From Chloroflexota bacterium (GTDB lineage Bacteria > Chloroflexota > Anaerolineae > JAYEMR01): 59,799 bases of DNA. Made by a program: the position numbers and the translations under genes. The notes under the pieces are model-generated. The model had not been told where the DNA came from. It saw only the letters and a list, made by a program, of their open reading frames with translations, and did not search any database. Within the stretch, counting starts at the first letter, position 1, and each line of letters starts with the position of its first letter. The DNA lies in NCBI GenBank assembly GCA_034718215.1, contig JAYEMR010000067.1:1-59799 (forward strand), read 5' to 3'. This document shows positions 44,901 to 53,535 of this stretch, one piece after another.

Positions 44901-45113
44901 GGTGGCCGCCCAATCGCCGGAAAGCAGCGCCTGGCTGAAATGCACCGAACGATAAACCCACATCAGCTCATCCCAGGTGATGAAGGCGCCCAAGTTGAGC
45001 AGACGAGGCACCAAGGCCAGGATGAAAAGTCCGGCTGCCTGCAGCAGCCAGGCCCTCCGCTCCCTGTCTTGGCCCTCAGGCCGGGGAGAGGAACGCGGGG
45101 ACGGGACAGCCAC
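41919..45113 (-). CDS. GT39/ArnT-like polytopic glycosyltransferase with a long C-terminal region of three repeated beta-rich modules
   Basis: 1064 aa. The N-terminal ~520 aa are multi-TM and PMT/ArnT-like. The C-terminus has three modules sharing L.L.W(Q).....(E/D)Y..F.HL(V/L). GTG start. Confidence 0.7.
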   Translation of the reverse strand: MAVPSPRSSPRPEGQDRERRAWLLQAAGLFILALVPRLLNLGAFITWDELMWVYRSVHFSQALLSGDWAATFRTGHPGVVTTWLGALGIGAQRLLLGLPSSAEWAWLLQLPALDPHDAVALQRLVPLLIAAKIPLTLVAALAVVGCWTLARRLLGPRAALLGGVLMALDPFLMGLSRVLHLDGLLASFMALGLLSLMTYLHSPSERRWLLLSAFATGLAALTKTPALFLLPLGALLLLAFGEKRLHNLLLWGGLIIFTYVALWPAMWVAPLDTLSSVGGKALGYATQAEATAHFFRGTTVADPGPLFYPLVFLFRISPLTLLGLLASFLVWRLGSRRKRRVWSVLLAYAGFYTIVMAMGAKKFDRYLLPVFPAVDILAALGWIQLERMSIRSRWALARGAALVLLQALLVFPCHPHYLAWYNPLLGGLRRAVRTLPVGWGEGLERAAAYLNTLPDAENLTVASAGVPGMAPKFEGRTLPLTPSSLIEADYVVIYVSDRQGGPSPVDELIAGTPPEHVVQLQGVEYAWIYPNESYRAPLEVLESEAEVGDALLIAGPSLVAKHYDGPLKRYVLRGWESEAEIVSALCHLTEGKKRIWHVRSLVSPSPAAEIARWQLASRAYRLREDAFLSLYQLPKRVSFASPELQTGDGPFTFGGQLRLVRYGLAAPTIGWGQKLGVELTWQAVAPPEADYTLFLHLVDGSGHLWGQVDIPLRDEKGTADWSVGKERSIRYLLSPWAGVPPGEYELRGGLYHPDTHQRLPVHDGRGQLRGDVVTLGQVQVIPSPLQPTVEELAISHPLRHEIGSSILLLGCGLSPYVVQPGSSLHLDLFWQVEAPPHEDYRLLVDLGGKEKTFPLPNPFYPSSLWRAGEILRGQFDVLVPPDLTSGEYSARINLVRSDSSHLLAEAITLGRVRVEGRRHSFKVPAIPYPLDLWLGDRIKLLGYDLPKPRVKPGGTLRLILYWQAQGPTEISYTVFTHLLEPEGRVVAQKDSPPQGGEAPTTGWLSGEVIADEYQIPIPSELPPGPFQVEVGMYDQATGKRLPMYDAQGNRLPGDRALLISLEEK

Positions 45114-45122
45114 TGGGGAATC

Positions 45123-45725
45123 CTAGAAAAGGCTGAGCTGTTGGGCTTGCTGGGGAGGCTCCTCATCGCGGATCTGATCCATCTGAGCGATGAGCTCGGG
45201 GATGCGGCGCATGTCCTCTTCCACTATGTCGCGCAGGCTGGGCTGATGAAGCGCCGCTGCGGGATGGTACATGGGGTAGTAGATGACGCCATCGATCTTG
45301 CGCGGCTGGCCGTGGATGCGGGAGATGCGGGCGTTGGGAAACCAGCGGGCCATGGAGAAGCGCCCCAGCGTCACCACCATCTTAGGCTGGATCAATTCGA
45401 TCTGGCGATCCAGGTAGGGCCGGCAGGCTTCGATCTCATCCACACGTGGATCGCGGTTCCCCGGTGGACGGCACTTGAGCACGTTGCAGATGTACACATC
45501 CTCTCGGCCGAGGCCGATCATCTCCAGCAGCTCATCCAGAAAGCGCCCCGCCGCGCCGACGAAGGGTCGACCCTGACGGTCCTCGTGAAACCCTGGGGCC
45601 TCGCCGATGAACATAATATCCGCATCCTCTGGCCCCTCCCCCGGCACAGCTTTGGTCCGTGATTTATGAAGGGGACACTTGGTACAGTTTCTGATCTGCT
45701 CGTAAAGGTCAGTGAGTTCAGACAT
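45123..45725 (-). CDS. family 4 uracil-DNA glycosylase
   Basis: CTKCPLHKSRTKAVPGEGPEDADIMFIGEAPGFHEDRQGRPFVGAAG...HPAA. Confidence 0.85.
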   Translation of the reverse strand: MSELTDLYEQIRNCTKCPLHKSRTKAVPGEGPEDADIMFIGEAPGFHEDRQGRPFVGAAGRFLDELLEMIGLGREDVYICNVLKCRPPGNRDPRVDEIEACRPYLDRQIELIQPKMVVTLGRFSMARWFPNARISRIHGQPRKIDGVIYYPMYHPAAALHQPSLRDIVEEDMRRIPELIAQMDQIRDEEPPQQAQQLSLF

Positions 45726-45789
45726 TTCTACAATCCTCCCAAAACTTTCAACCCCTGGGCTCAAATCAGCTTCTATTTTAGCTCGACAT

Positions 45790-46437
45790 CTACAGTTTGC
45801 GGATCGCCCGCGCCGGAACACCGGCCGCCACGACCGCAGGGGGCACATCTCGGGTGACGACCGACCCGGCAGCGACGATGGCGTGATGGCCGATGGACAG
45901 GCCGGGCAGGATCACAGATCCGATGCCCAGGTGAGCGTGGTGTCCGATCTGTACCCCGCCGGCCACGTGCACGCCTGGTGAGAGATGGACGCATGGACCC
46001 AGATGGCAGTCGTGATCCACGGTGACCCCGGTGTTGATGATGGCATTCTCCCCGATGATCGAATCGGCGTTGATCACCGCCCCGGCCACCACCACGCTGC
46101 CATCCCCGATGTCCACTCCCCGCGATATCTGGGCTGCAGGATGGACAGCCGTGATCAATTGGAGCCCAATGGCCTCGACTTCGAGGGCGAGTTGACACCG
46201 CGTCTCGTTGTCACCGATGGCGACGATGGCTCCCCCCACCCCGGCTCTCCTCAGCCCTTCCAGCGACTCACCAGAGCCCAAGATCCGATGCCCAAAGAAC
46301 TCCTCGCCCTCGCGGCAGGGATCATCGTCTATCAGTCCCGCTATCCGGTAACGCCCCTCTCGCTCCAAGATATCCAGTACCACCTTGGCGTGACCGCCAG
46401 CTCCATAGACCACGATCTTGGCTCTCGTGTCTGCCAC
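45790..46437 (-). CDS. NeuD/PglB/VioB-type sugar N-/O-acetyltransferase (left-handed beta-helix)
   Basis: KIVVYGAGGHAKVVLDIL followed by hexapeptide repeats. GTG start at 46437, just after the upstream stop. Confidence 0.8.
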   Translation of the reverse strand: MADTRAKIVVYGAGGHAKVVLDILEREGRYRIAGLIDDDPCREGEEFFGHRILGSGESLEGLRRAGVGGAIVAIGDNETRCQLALEVEAIGLQLITAVHPAAQISRGVDIGDGSVVVAGAVINADSIIGENAIINTGVTVDHDCHLGPCVHLSPGVHVAGGVQIGHHAHLGIGSVILPGLSIGHHAIVAAGSVVTRDVPPAVVAAGVPARAIRKL

Positions 46438-46441
46438 GCTA

Positions 46442-47602
46442 TCATACCCCTTTTTGCCGTAACAACTGGCGGTACACTCCTTCCACCTGGGCGAAGATTT
46501 TCCGCTGGTCAAACAATCTCTCAGCACGTCGTCGTCCAGCCAGGCCCATCTGGCGCCTCCGCTCCGGGTCGGATAGCAAGGAGGTGATAGCTGCCGCCAG
46601 GGCCTCCGAGTCGCGGGGAGGTACCAGCAGGCCTGTCTCCCCCTCGCGGACGACATCTCGACATCCTCGGATATCCGTGGCGACTACAGGCCGCTCCATG
46701 GCCGCTGCCTCCATCAGCGTAGTGGGCATTCCCTCTCGGTAGGAGGGAAGCACGACGATGTCCATTGCCTCGTACAGGGCTGGCATATCGAGGCGCATCC
46801 CCAGAAAGCTAATGTCGCCGGAGATTCCGAGCTGGGAAGCCAGCGCCTCAAACTCGCTTCGATCAGTCGCATCGGAAGGCCCTAAGCTGAGAAAGCGAGT
46901 GCGGGTCCGCTGATCCAGCACCCGAGCGGCAGCCTGCAGAAACTCGCGATATCCCTTTTCATAGGCCAGCCGGGCCACGATACCCACCACCAGGGTGTCA
47001 TCTTCGATACCCAGGCTTCTCCGAGTTTCCGCTCTCAAACCCTGAGGGCGGAAACGCTCCAGATCAACGCCCGTGCCTCCCTCCAGGAAACGCACTTTCC
47101 GCGGGGGAATGATCCTCTCCTGGCGAGCCGTCTTCAGGTCCTCCTGATTGACCACGAAGGTCACGTCTGAGCAGCGGGCCCCCAATCTAGACCAGAGCCT
47201 GTGGGCTCGACGCGGCCAGCCGGACATCCCGTAGAAGTAGAAACCGTGCTCGGTTCCACAGACTACGGGCACGCCCGCCGTGCAGGCCGCCAATCGGCCC
47301 AGCAGATTGGCCTTCGGAGTGTGGGTGTGAACAATATCGAAATGGTTTTGGCGGAATAAAGCGCTAAGCTGCAGCAAGGCTCGCAGGTCTGCCAGGGGGC
47401 TGATACTGCGGTTCATGGATATTGAATAGGTGGATATTCCATCTTCCTGCACCTTCCCCAGCCAAGGCCCTGGGCTGCAAACCGCCGCCACCTTATATCC
47501 TTGGCTCTGAAGATAGTGGAGGCAATTCTGAAGCAGGAATCGGATGGTCAGATCAACCGTGGCAACGTAGGCCACCTTCACTGGGCCTTGGTGTTCACTC
47601 AC
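46442..47602 (-). CDS. GT4-family (GT-B) glycosyltransferase
   Basis: 386 aa with the C-terminal motif PSYREGMPTTLMEAAAMERPVVATD. Confidence 0.85.
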   Translation of the reverse strand: MSEHQGPVKVAYVATVDLTIRFLLQNCLHYLQSQGYKVAAVCSPGPWLGKVQEDGISTYSISMNRSISPLADLRALLQLSALFRQNHFDIVHTHTPKANLLGRLAACTAGVPVVCGTEHGFYFYGMSGWPRRAHRLWSRLGARCSDVTFVVNQEDLKTARQERIIPPRKVRFLEGGTGVDLERFRPQGLRAETRRSLGIEDDTLVVGIVARLAYEKGYREFLQAAARVLDQRTRTRFLSLGPSDATDRSEFEALASQLGISGDISFLGMRLDMPALYEAMDIVVLPSYREGMPTTLMEAAAMERPVVATDIRGCRDVVREGETGLLVPPRDSEALAAAITSLLSDPERRRQMGLAGRRRAERLFDQRKIFAQVEGVYRQLLRQKGV

Positions 47603-48681
47603 CCGAACCCCCGGAAGAACTCTATCAACCTGGCAGAGATGGTGGAGAGGGCGTAGTCACGTTCCACCTTCTCCCGAGCCGCACTGCCGAGTTTTCTCCG
47701 TAGATTGACATCCGTGATGAGCTGTTCTAACCCCTCTACCCATTCCTTCGTGGTTTGAGCCAGAAACCCATTTCTCCCCTGCTCGATGATCTCCTGGTTG
47801 ACACCCACCGGTGAGGCCACGGCCGGGATGCCCACGCTCATGTACTGCAGGAGTTTGGCTCCGCACTTGCCTCGCGAATAGTCATCATCCGTCAGGGGCA
47901 TGACGCCTATATCGCAGGATAGAAGCTCCTCTACCTCCGTCTCCAGCCGCCAGGGGATGGCAACCACTGGGACCCCCGCGATCTGAAAAGCGGGAGCGCC
48001 GATGACCTTTAGGGTGATGTCGTAGCGCACCGCCAGGCTCCGCAGGGCGTCGGCGATCTCGTCCAGATAGGATACGGTGAGAGGCGTGCCGATCCAGCCG
48101 ATGCAAGCTGAGCCAGGGGGAGAGAAGCCCTCCGCTCGCTTCACCCTGTACCGACCGGTGTCAATGGCCGTCGGCGCCAGCAGGACGTTGGGGTTGTGCT
48201 GCTGGGCGTAGGCGGCCAGATATTGGTTGCCGACGACCACCCCTGCGCTGCGGGCCATCAGGGTGGGCACTTTGGAGCTGAGAAGGGAGCGCAGAAGAGG
48301 CGAATCCAGAAGGCGCTGGTGGTAGATGTGCGTGGCGTCATCGTACTCCACGACCACGTCCTCCGCCACCCGGAAGAGCAGCGAGTCGAAGACGACGGGA
48401 AGGAGGGGAAACACCTCCTGCTCGACAACGATCAGGTCATAGCGCCCTGCCTGAAGACAGCACCGGAGGCGGCGCAGATAACGGCTCACCAGATAGGGAA
48501 GGCGTCGAGCTTTGGGACGCCAGTCCCTCATCCCGATGAACTGACGAACATAGCCATCGGTATGAAAGTTCGCGACGAAGCAGTCGAGTCCGGCCGCTTC
48601 GTAGTAGGGAAGGAACTGGTAGACCCGGTAGCGACTGCTCGATCCCAGAGGGGAGTATTTGGTGAGAAAGAGAACTCTCAT
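47599..48681 (-). CDS. GT4/GT1-family (GT-B) glycosyltransferase
   Basis: 360 aa. KCGAKLLQYMSVGIPAVASPVGVN; 4-nt overlap with the downstream gene. Confidence 0.8.
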   Translation of the reverse strand: MRVLFLTKYSPLGSSSRYRVYQFLPYYEAAGLDCFVANFHTDGYVRQFIGMRDWRPKARRLPYLVSRYLRRLRCCLQAGRYDLIVVEQEVFPLLPVVFDSLLFRVAEDVVVEYDDATHIYHQRLLDSPLLRSLLSSKVPTLMARSAGVVVGNQYLAAYAQQHNPNVLLAPTAIDTGRYRVKRAEGFSPPGSACIGWIGTPLTVSYLDEIADALRSLAVRYDITLKVIGAPAFQIAGVPVVAIPWRLETEVEELLSCDIGVMPLTDDDYSRGKCGAKLLQYMSVGIPAVASPVGVNQEIIEQGRNGFLAQTTKEWVEGLEQLITDVNLRRKLGSAAREKVERDYALSTISARLIEFFRGFG

Positions 48682-48735
48682 AAAACATACCCGCTTGGCG
48701 TCAATTGGAAGTCCAGCCCGTGGACAGCCTCACCG

Positions 48736-49773
48736 TCACCCATGCGGACTGGTCTTTCGGAAACCGCTCAAATGCTGTCCATGGACCAGCCGGGTGAGTA
48801 CAGTGCGCACACGGGATCCCAGCTGCCCCTTAGTCAAAATAGAATCAACGTAGGCATCGGATACGCGCCGTGTGCTCTGGATTCTCCTGCGTTTGGCCAA
48901 CATCTTTTTTAGCATTTTGAGATTGTCCCTGCGCGCTCGCGCTGTAGCCCCAGCGTAGCCCGACACGGCGAAAATCAGATCGCTGGCGAGAAAATAGAAC
49001 AGAATGGGGCCAAGGTGATGGAGCAAGAGCGATGTGGGCAGATCCTTCACCAGGACATAGAGTATATTGCGACGGGTGTAATAGATGGAGAGGTGAGATC
49101 CCCATCCCGCGCTCGCGGCCACCTGATGGTAGACCTGTGCCTCGGGGACGAAGAGGCATTTGTAGCCCCTGAGCTGAGCGCGAAAGCTGAGGTCTATATC
49201 CTCCATGTAGAGGAAGAAATCCTCGTCGAAGAGACCGACGTCCTGGAGCATAGCCCGGCGGTAGATAGCAGCTCCGGCGCAGGCTCCGAAGACATACTCC
49301 CTTCGGAAGAACCCATCACCATCCAGTTGGTCCATTCCACGTTTGCCGCCCACTCCATAATCGTAGAAGACATCGCCCGCTGTGTCAATGAGCTGCGGGT
49401 CATCGGCTCGGAGCATCTTGGAGGCACAAAAGCCCACCTCAGGGTGGGTCTCCAAAGCATGAACTAGAGCCTCCAGCCAATGAGATTCTGGCTGAGCGTC
49501 GTTATTCAACAGGGCAATGTATTTGCCGCTAGCAGCCCGTATTCCGACGTTGTTCCCCCCGGCAAACCCTCTGTTCTCAGGCAGGGCAATGACCTTCACT
49601 TGAGGGAAGTGCTCTCGCACGTAAGCGACCGAGCCGTCAGTGGAGCCATTGTCCACGAGGATGATTTCTGAGCGAGGATAGGATTGGGCCTGGAGGGCGG
49701 TTAGACAAAGTGCCAGCAGATCACGGCGATTCCAGTTTACGACGATCACCGACAGATCAACCGGCTGATCCAA
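48736..49773 (-). CDS. family 2 glycosyltransferase
   Basis: LSVIVVNWNRRDLL...VDNGSTDGS...NRGFAGGNN...NNDA...DIDL. Confidence 0.85.
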   Translation of the reverse strand: MDQPVDLSVIVVNWNRRDLLALCLTALQAQSYPRSEIILVDNGSTDGSVAYVREHFPQVKVIALPENRGFAGGNNVGIRAASGKYIALLNNDAQPESHWLEALVHALETHPEVGFCASKMLRADDPQLIDTAGDVFYDYGVGGKRGMDQLDGDGFFRREYVFGACAGAAIYRRAMLQDVGLFDEDFFLYMEDIDLSFRAQLRGYKCLFVPEAQVYHQVAASAGWGSHLSIYYTRRNILYVLVKDLPTSLLLHHLGPILFYFLASDLIFAVSGYAGATARARRDNLKMLKKMLAKRRRIQSTRRVSDAYVDSILTKGQLGSRVRTVLTRLVHGQHLSGFRKTSPHG

Positions 49774-49788
49774 CGCTACCTCCGGGCG

Positions 49789-49983
49789 CTATCTGCCTAG
49801 CCCTCGGCCCAGGGACGCGACCTGGCGTAGGACTCCCACGATCGAAATGCCTAGTCTGAACAGGTCCACCAACTTGGAACGATTCTCGTCTTGGGTATTC
49901 TGGAGGTACAGCCAGGCCCCGATCAGCCCCACCAGCGCTCCACTGAGCCCCCCAATGAGAAGCGTCCTAGCCCGCCTCTTCAT
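49789..49983 (-). CDS. hypothetical small membrane protein
   Basis: 64 aa with one TM segment (LLIGGLSGALVGLIGAWLYL). 4-nt overlap with the upstream ORF. Confidence 0.4.
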   Translation of the reverse strand: MKRRARTLLIGGLSGALVGLIGAWLYLQNTQDENRSKLVDLFRLGISIVGVLRQVASLGRGLGR

Positions 49984-50279
49984 AGGTGAATACCCTTCCT
50001 CGGAAGGCCAGCTATCGTCCGGAGGATGCGATGCAGACGCGCTCCAAGGGCATAGATGGCGATGATGGGGGCGACGATCAATTCACCCACCTGAGCTGTG
50101 ACCTGCTCCACCTGCTGTGCTCGCATCCGCACCTGGAGGGAGAAGGGCCGCAGCGAAGAGCGAAACTGCCGCAGCCCCCTGTTGACGAAATAGAGCACCA
50201 CCAGGGGGATGAGGGCCAGGAGGAAAGCTTCCACTACCAGGAGGACAAGGGATACGTTGTGCCAAAAGGGGATGGTCAT
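49980..50279 (-). CDS. hypothetical membrane protein
   Basis: Starts at ATG 50279 (MTIPFWHNVSLVLLVVEAFLLALIPLVVLYFV...). No family recognised. Confidence 0.35.
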   Translation of the reverse strand: MTIPFWHNVSLVLLVVEAFLLALIPLVVLYFVNRGLRQFRSSLRPFSLQVRMRAQQVEQVTAQVGELIVAPIIAIYALGARLHRILRTIAGLPRKGIHL

Positions 50280-50372
50280 GATGGATATCCTCACTTCAGT
50301 GAAGGGAGTCAACGGGTAAAGAGTCAATGGGAAACGAGAGGATGACTCATTGCCTCGTTGCCCCATTACTCG

Positions 50373-53300
50373 TTACTTCAAGCAGACTCGAAAGGTGCGG
50401 ATCTGATAGGGTTTCACGTGGAATAGCAGTTGATCGCCTTCAAACTCCACCGGCTGATCTTCCCGCTCCATCAGGTTGCACTCTGTGGCCTCGACGATGG
50501 GACGGCCAAAGGTCAGGGTCACAGGACCGCGCTGATTGTAGCACTCGTAGCAGCGCACGATCAGCTCCTCGCCCTCCTCGGCGCGCTTCACCGTCTCCAC
50601 CACCACATTGGGCACATCCGCGCTCACCAGGCTGAAGGAATCCGGCCGCGTGCCCTCGTGCGGCTCTGAAAAGCGGGCCAGAAGAGGTTCGTTGAGTTCG
50701 TAGGCCCGCTGCACGGTCTGCGCCCGCCAGCCGCCGGCGTGGGGAAGCAGGGAATAGGTGAACTCGTGATGCCCTTCGTCGGCGTGAGGGTCGGGCTCAG
50801 CGGGGGAGCGGAGCAGGGTCAGCCGGATCACGTTGCCCTTGATGTCGTGGCCATACTTGCAGTCGTTCAGCAGGCTCACCCCGTAGTCCCCCTCGGAGAG
50901 ATCCACCCACTTGTGGGCGCAGGTCTCGAAGCGCGCCCAGTCCCAACTGGTGTTCCAGTGGGTGGGACGCTCGACGTTTCCAAACTGGATGTCATAGGTG
51001 GCACGGGTGTTGTGCACCTCCACGGGGAAGGCGACTTTGAGCAGCACGTGCTTCTCCCACCATTCCACCTCAGTCTCGAAGTCCAGCCTTGGCAGATCGG
51101 CATAGGCGGTAATGCGCTGAGTGATCTCCGAGTGGAGAAAAGCCCGCTTCACCTCCAAACAAGCCCGCAGAGGGCCGCGCTCCAAGACACGGATCTGGGC
51201 CGGATCGTCTGCGTTCCACTGCTTGTCCTGGTAGTAGATGTTGATGTTCCAGGCGTCATTAGCCAGGGGCTTGTCCTCGAAAGCCTGGAACTGGTTGGCC
51301 ACCTTCCCCTCGGGCAGCACCTGACGCTCGGCGATCTTGTCCCACCAGGAGATGATCTGACCCGCCTGGTTGAGCTGAACGCTGAAGAAGCGATTCTCGA
51401 AGGTCAGGTCTTCCAGGGTGACCGGCTCCTCGACACTCGCCCTCGGCTCGCCAGGGGCGAGCCGGTAGGTGTGATAGCCGTTAGCCGGCACCCCCTTAGC
51501 GGGGAAGATGATGCCCCACTCACCGACCGGTTGGTAGGGCACCTCCTCGCCGCTGGGGCCGATCAGGCGGAAGATAGGACCCACCAACTGGATGAGTTCA
51601 TCCATCGACACCTTCACCTCCGCCGGGTCGCAGCGCACCCACCCGGTGGGGTTGAAGACTACTAAGGCCGGCGCGTCCCCCGCGAGTTCCATCTGATCCA
51701 CGATGTGCTCCAGGGCCTCATCGAGTACCTGCTCTCCCCAGCCCATCAGTTCTCGGTACTGATCCTGGCTCTCCTCGTAGACCGGGCCGATGGAGGAGCC
51801 GGGGATGATGTCGTGGAACTGGTTGAGCAGGATCAGTTCCCAGCCCTTGTTGAGCACATCCTGCGGGTAGTCATCCCCCCACAGGTGGGCCAGCGCCCCA
51901 AACAGCTCGGCGTCGTGGTACAGCAGCTCGCTCTTGCGGTTGGCCCGCTTGTTTCGCGCCTGGGTGGTGTAGGTGCCGCGGTGGAACTCCAGGTACAGCT
52001 CCCCATTCCACACCGGCAGCCCCGACGCGTCCTCCTCCAGCTTCCGGAAGAAGTCATCTGCCCGCCCCAGGGAGAGGCGCGGCGAGCCGGGGAAGTCCCG
52101 CAGCCTGCGGCCATACTCCAGCATCTCCGCCGTCGGGCCGCCGCCACCGTCGCCGAGGCCGAAGGACAAGAGCACCTCGTCATGGTGCTCCTTCTGCTTG
52201 TAAGTGTCCCAGGTGCCCTTAACCTGCCATGGCTCCAGAGTGCCGTTGTAGGTAGCGAACCAGTGGCGGCTAGGGGTGTTGATGAAATGGGTCAGCACCT
52301 CGGTGCCATCTATGCCCCGCCACCAGAAGGAGTCATAGGGGAGCTTATTATACTCGTTCCAGGATATCTTGGTGGTCATGAAGTACTCGAAGCCCGCGCG
52401 CTTGATGATCTGGGGCAGGGCCCAGGCGTAGCCGAAGACATCGGGAAGCCAAAGGACAGGAGAGCCAGGGGTGCTGAAGTATTCCTCAAACAGCCGGGTG
52501 CCCAGCAGGAACTGCCGCACCAGCGACTCCCCGCCCGTGACATTGCAGTCCATCTCCACCCAGGTGCCGCCGATGGGCTCCCAGCGACCCTCCTCCACCC
52601 GGCGGGCGATCTGAGGCAGCAGCTCCGGGTGATCCTCTTTGACAAACTGATAGAGCTGAGGCTGGCTCTGGGTGAAGTGATATTCGGGATAGCGCTCCAT
52701 CAACCTGAGCACGGTGGCGAAGGTCCGCGCTGCCTTCTCCCTCGTCTGGGCCAGGGTCCACAGCCAGGCGGTGTCAATGTGAGCGTGTCCCACCCCCACC
52801 ACACTGGGCTGGTTGCCGGTGCTGAGTTTCCCATACAGTTCTGACTCGATGTAGGCGTTGGCTCTGGCCAGCGAGGCGCGGAACTCCTGCCCCAGCGGCC
52901 CACGCCAATCCACAAACTGCAGACCTTCATCCAGTGTGCGCAGAATTCGTGTCCGGTTGTAATCCTCCTCTTCCAGTGTCTGAGCTACCTCCAGCGCAGT
53001 TTTGGCGTTGTAATAGAGGGCGATGGCCGTCTCATCCGGCACAGCAAGCATCGTCTCCTCCACCTGGTAGTCGCGTTCCAGCCGGGCGCTGGTGTAGCCC
53101 TCGATCTCGATCTCCCACCTCTGTCCCGGCTCGGCGGAGTCGGTCAAGCGCACCTCAGTGTGACCTCGGTCCAGCCCCTGGTAGGTTTCGCCATTTAGGT
53201 AGACCAACCCCTCAGGGCCGGAGAGGTCGCCGGTGGTGGCCAGCTGCAGCAGGGCCACCACCGGCTTACCATCCCACTCCTCCGGTGCTTCGCCCCTGGC

Positions 53301-53498
53301 TCGGAAGGAGGCACAGATATCCCTGCGCCCCCATCGGCTGCCGGGCGGGCAGGCCCGCCAGCCCTCTGGGTCAGCTCCTTCCAGCCGCCCCTCCTGCCAC
53401 TCCACGGCCAGCGGACTGCTGTCCCAAAAGAGGTGTTCTCCCAGCTCTTCGATGCGTCGGGTGAGCTTTCTCACGGTGAAACGTCTGTCCTGCCGCAT
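50373..53498 (-). CDS. GH38 alpha-mannosidase
   Basis: 1041 aa. GHAHIDTAWLW, GTWVEMD and FHRGTYTT motifs, plus C-terminal GH38 domains. Confidence 0.9.
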   Translation of the reverse strand: MRQDRRFTVRKLTRRIEELGEHLFWDSSPLAVEWQEGRLEGADPEGWRACPPGSRWGRRDICASFRARGEAPEEWDGKPVVALLQLATTGDLSGPEGLVYLNGETYQGLDRGHTEVRLTDSAEPGQRWEIEIEGYTSARLERDYQVEETMLAVPDETAIALYYNAKTALEVAQTLEEEDYNRTRILRTLDEGLQFVDWRGPLGQEFRASLARANAYIESELYGKLSTGNQPSVVGVGHAHIDTAWLWTLAQTREKAARTFATVLRLMERYPEYHFTQSQPQLYQFVKEDHPELLPQIARRVEEGRWEPIGGTWVEMDCNVTGGESLVRQFLLGTRLFEEYFSTPGSPVLWLPDVFGYAWALPQIIKRAGFEYFMTTKISWNEYNKLPYDSFWWRGIDGTEVLTHFINTPSRHWFATYNGTLEPWQVKGTWDTYKQKEHHDEVLLSFGLGDGGGGPTAEMLEYGRRLRDFPGSPRLSLGRADDFFRKLEEDASGLPVWNGELYLEFHRGTYTTQARNKRANRKSELLYHDAELFGALAHLWGDDYPQDVLNKGWELILLNQFHDIIPGSSIGPVYEESQDQYRELMGWGEQVLDEALEHIVDQMELAGDAPALVVFNPTGWVRCDPAEVKVSMDELIQLVGPIFRLIGPSGEEVPYQPVGEWGIIFPAKGVPANGYHTYRLAPGEPRASVEEPVTLEDLTFENRFFSVQLNQAGQIISWWDKIAERQVLPEGKVANQFQAFEDKPLANDAWNINIYYQDKQWNADDPAQIRVLERGPLRACLEVKRAFLHSEITQRITAYADLPRLDFETEVEWWEKHVLLKVAFPVEVHNTRATYDIQFGNVERPTHWNTSWDWARFETCAHKWVDLSEGDYGVSLLNDCKYGHDIKGNVIRLTLLRSPAEPDPHADEGHHEFTYSLLPHAGGWRAQTVQRAYELNEPLLARFSEPHEGTRPDSFSLVSADVPNVVVETVKRAEEGEELIVRCYECYNQRGPVTLTFGRPIVEATECNLMEREDQPVEFEGDQLLFHVKPYQIRTFRVCLK

Positions 53499-53535
53499 GT
53501 TTCTCTCCCTCCTTCCTACGGCGAACGGCGAGAGG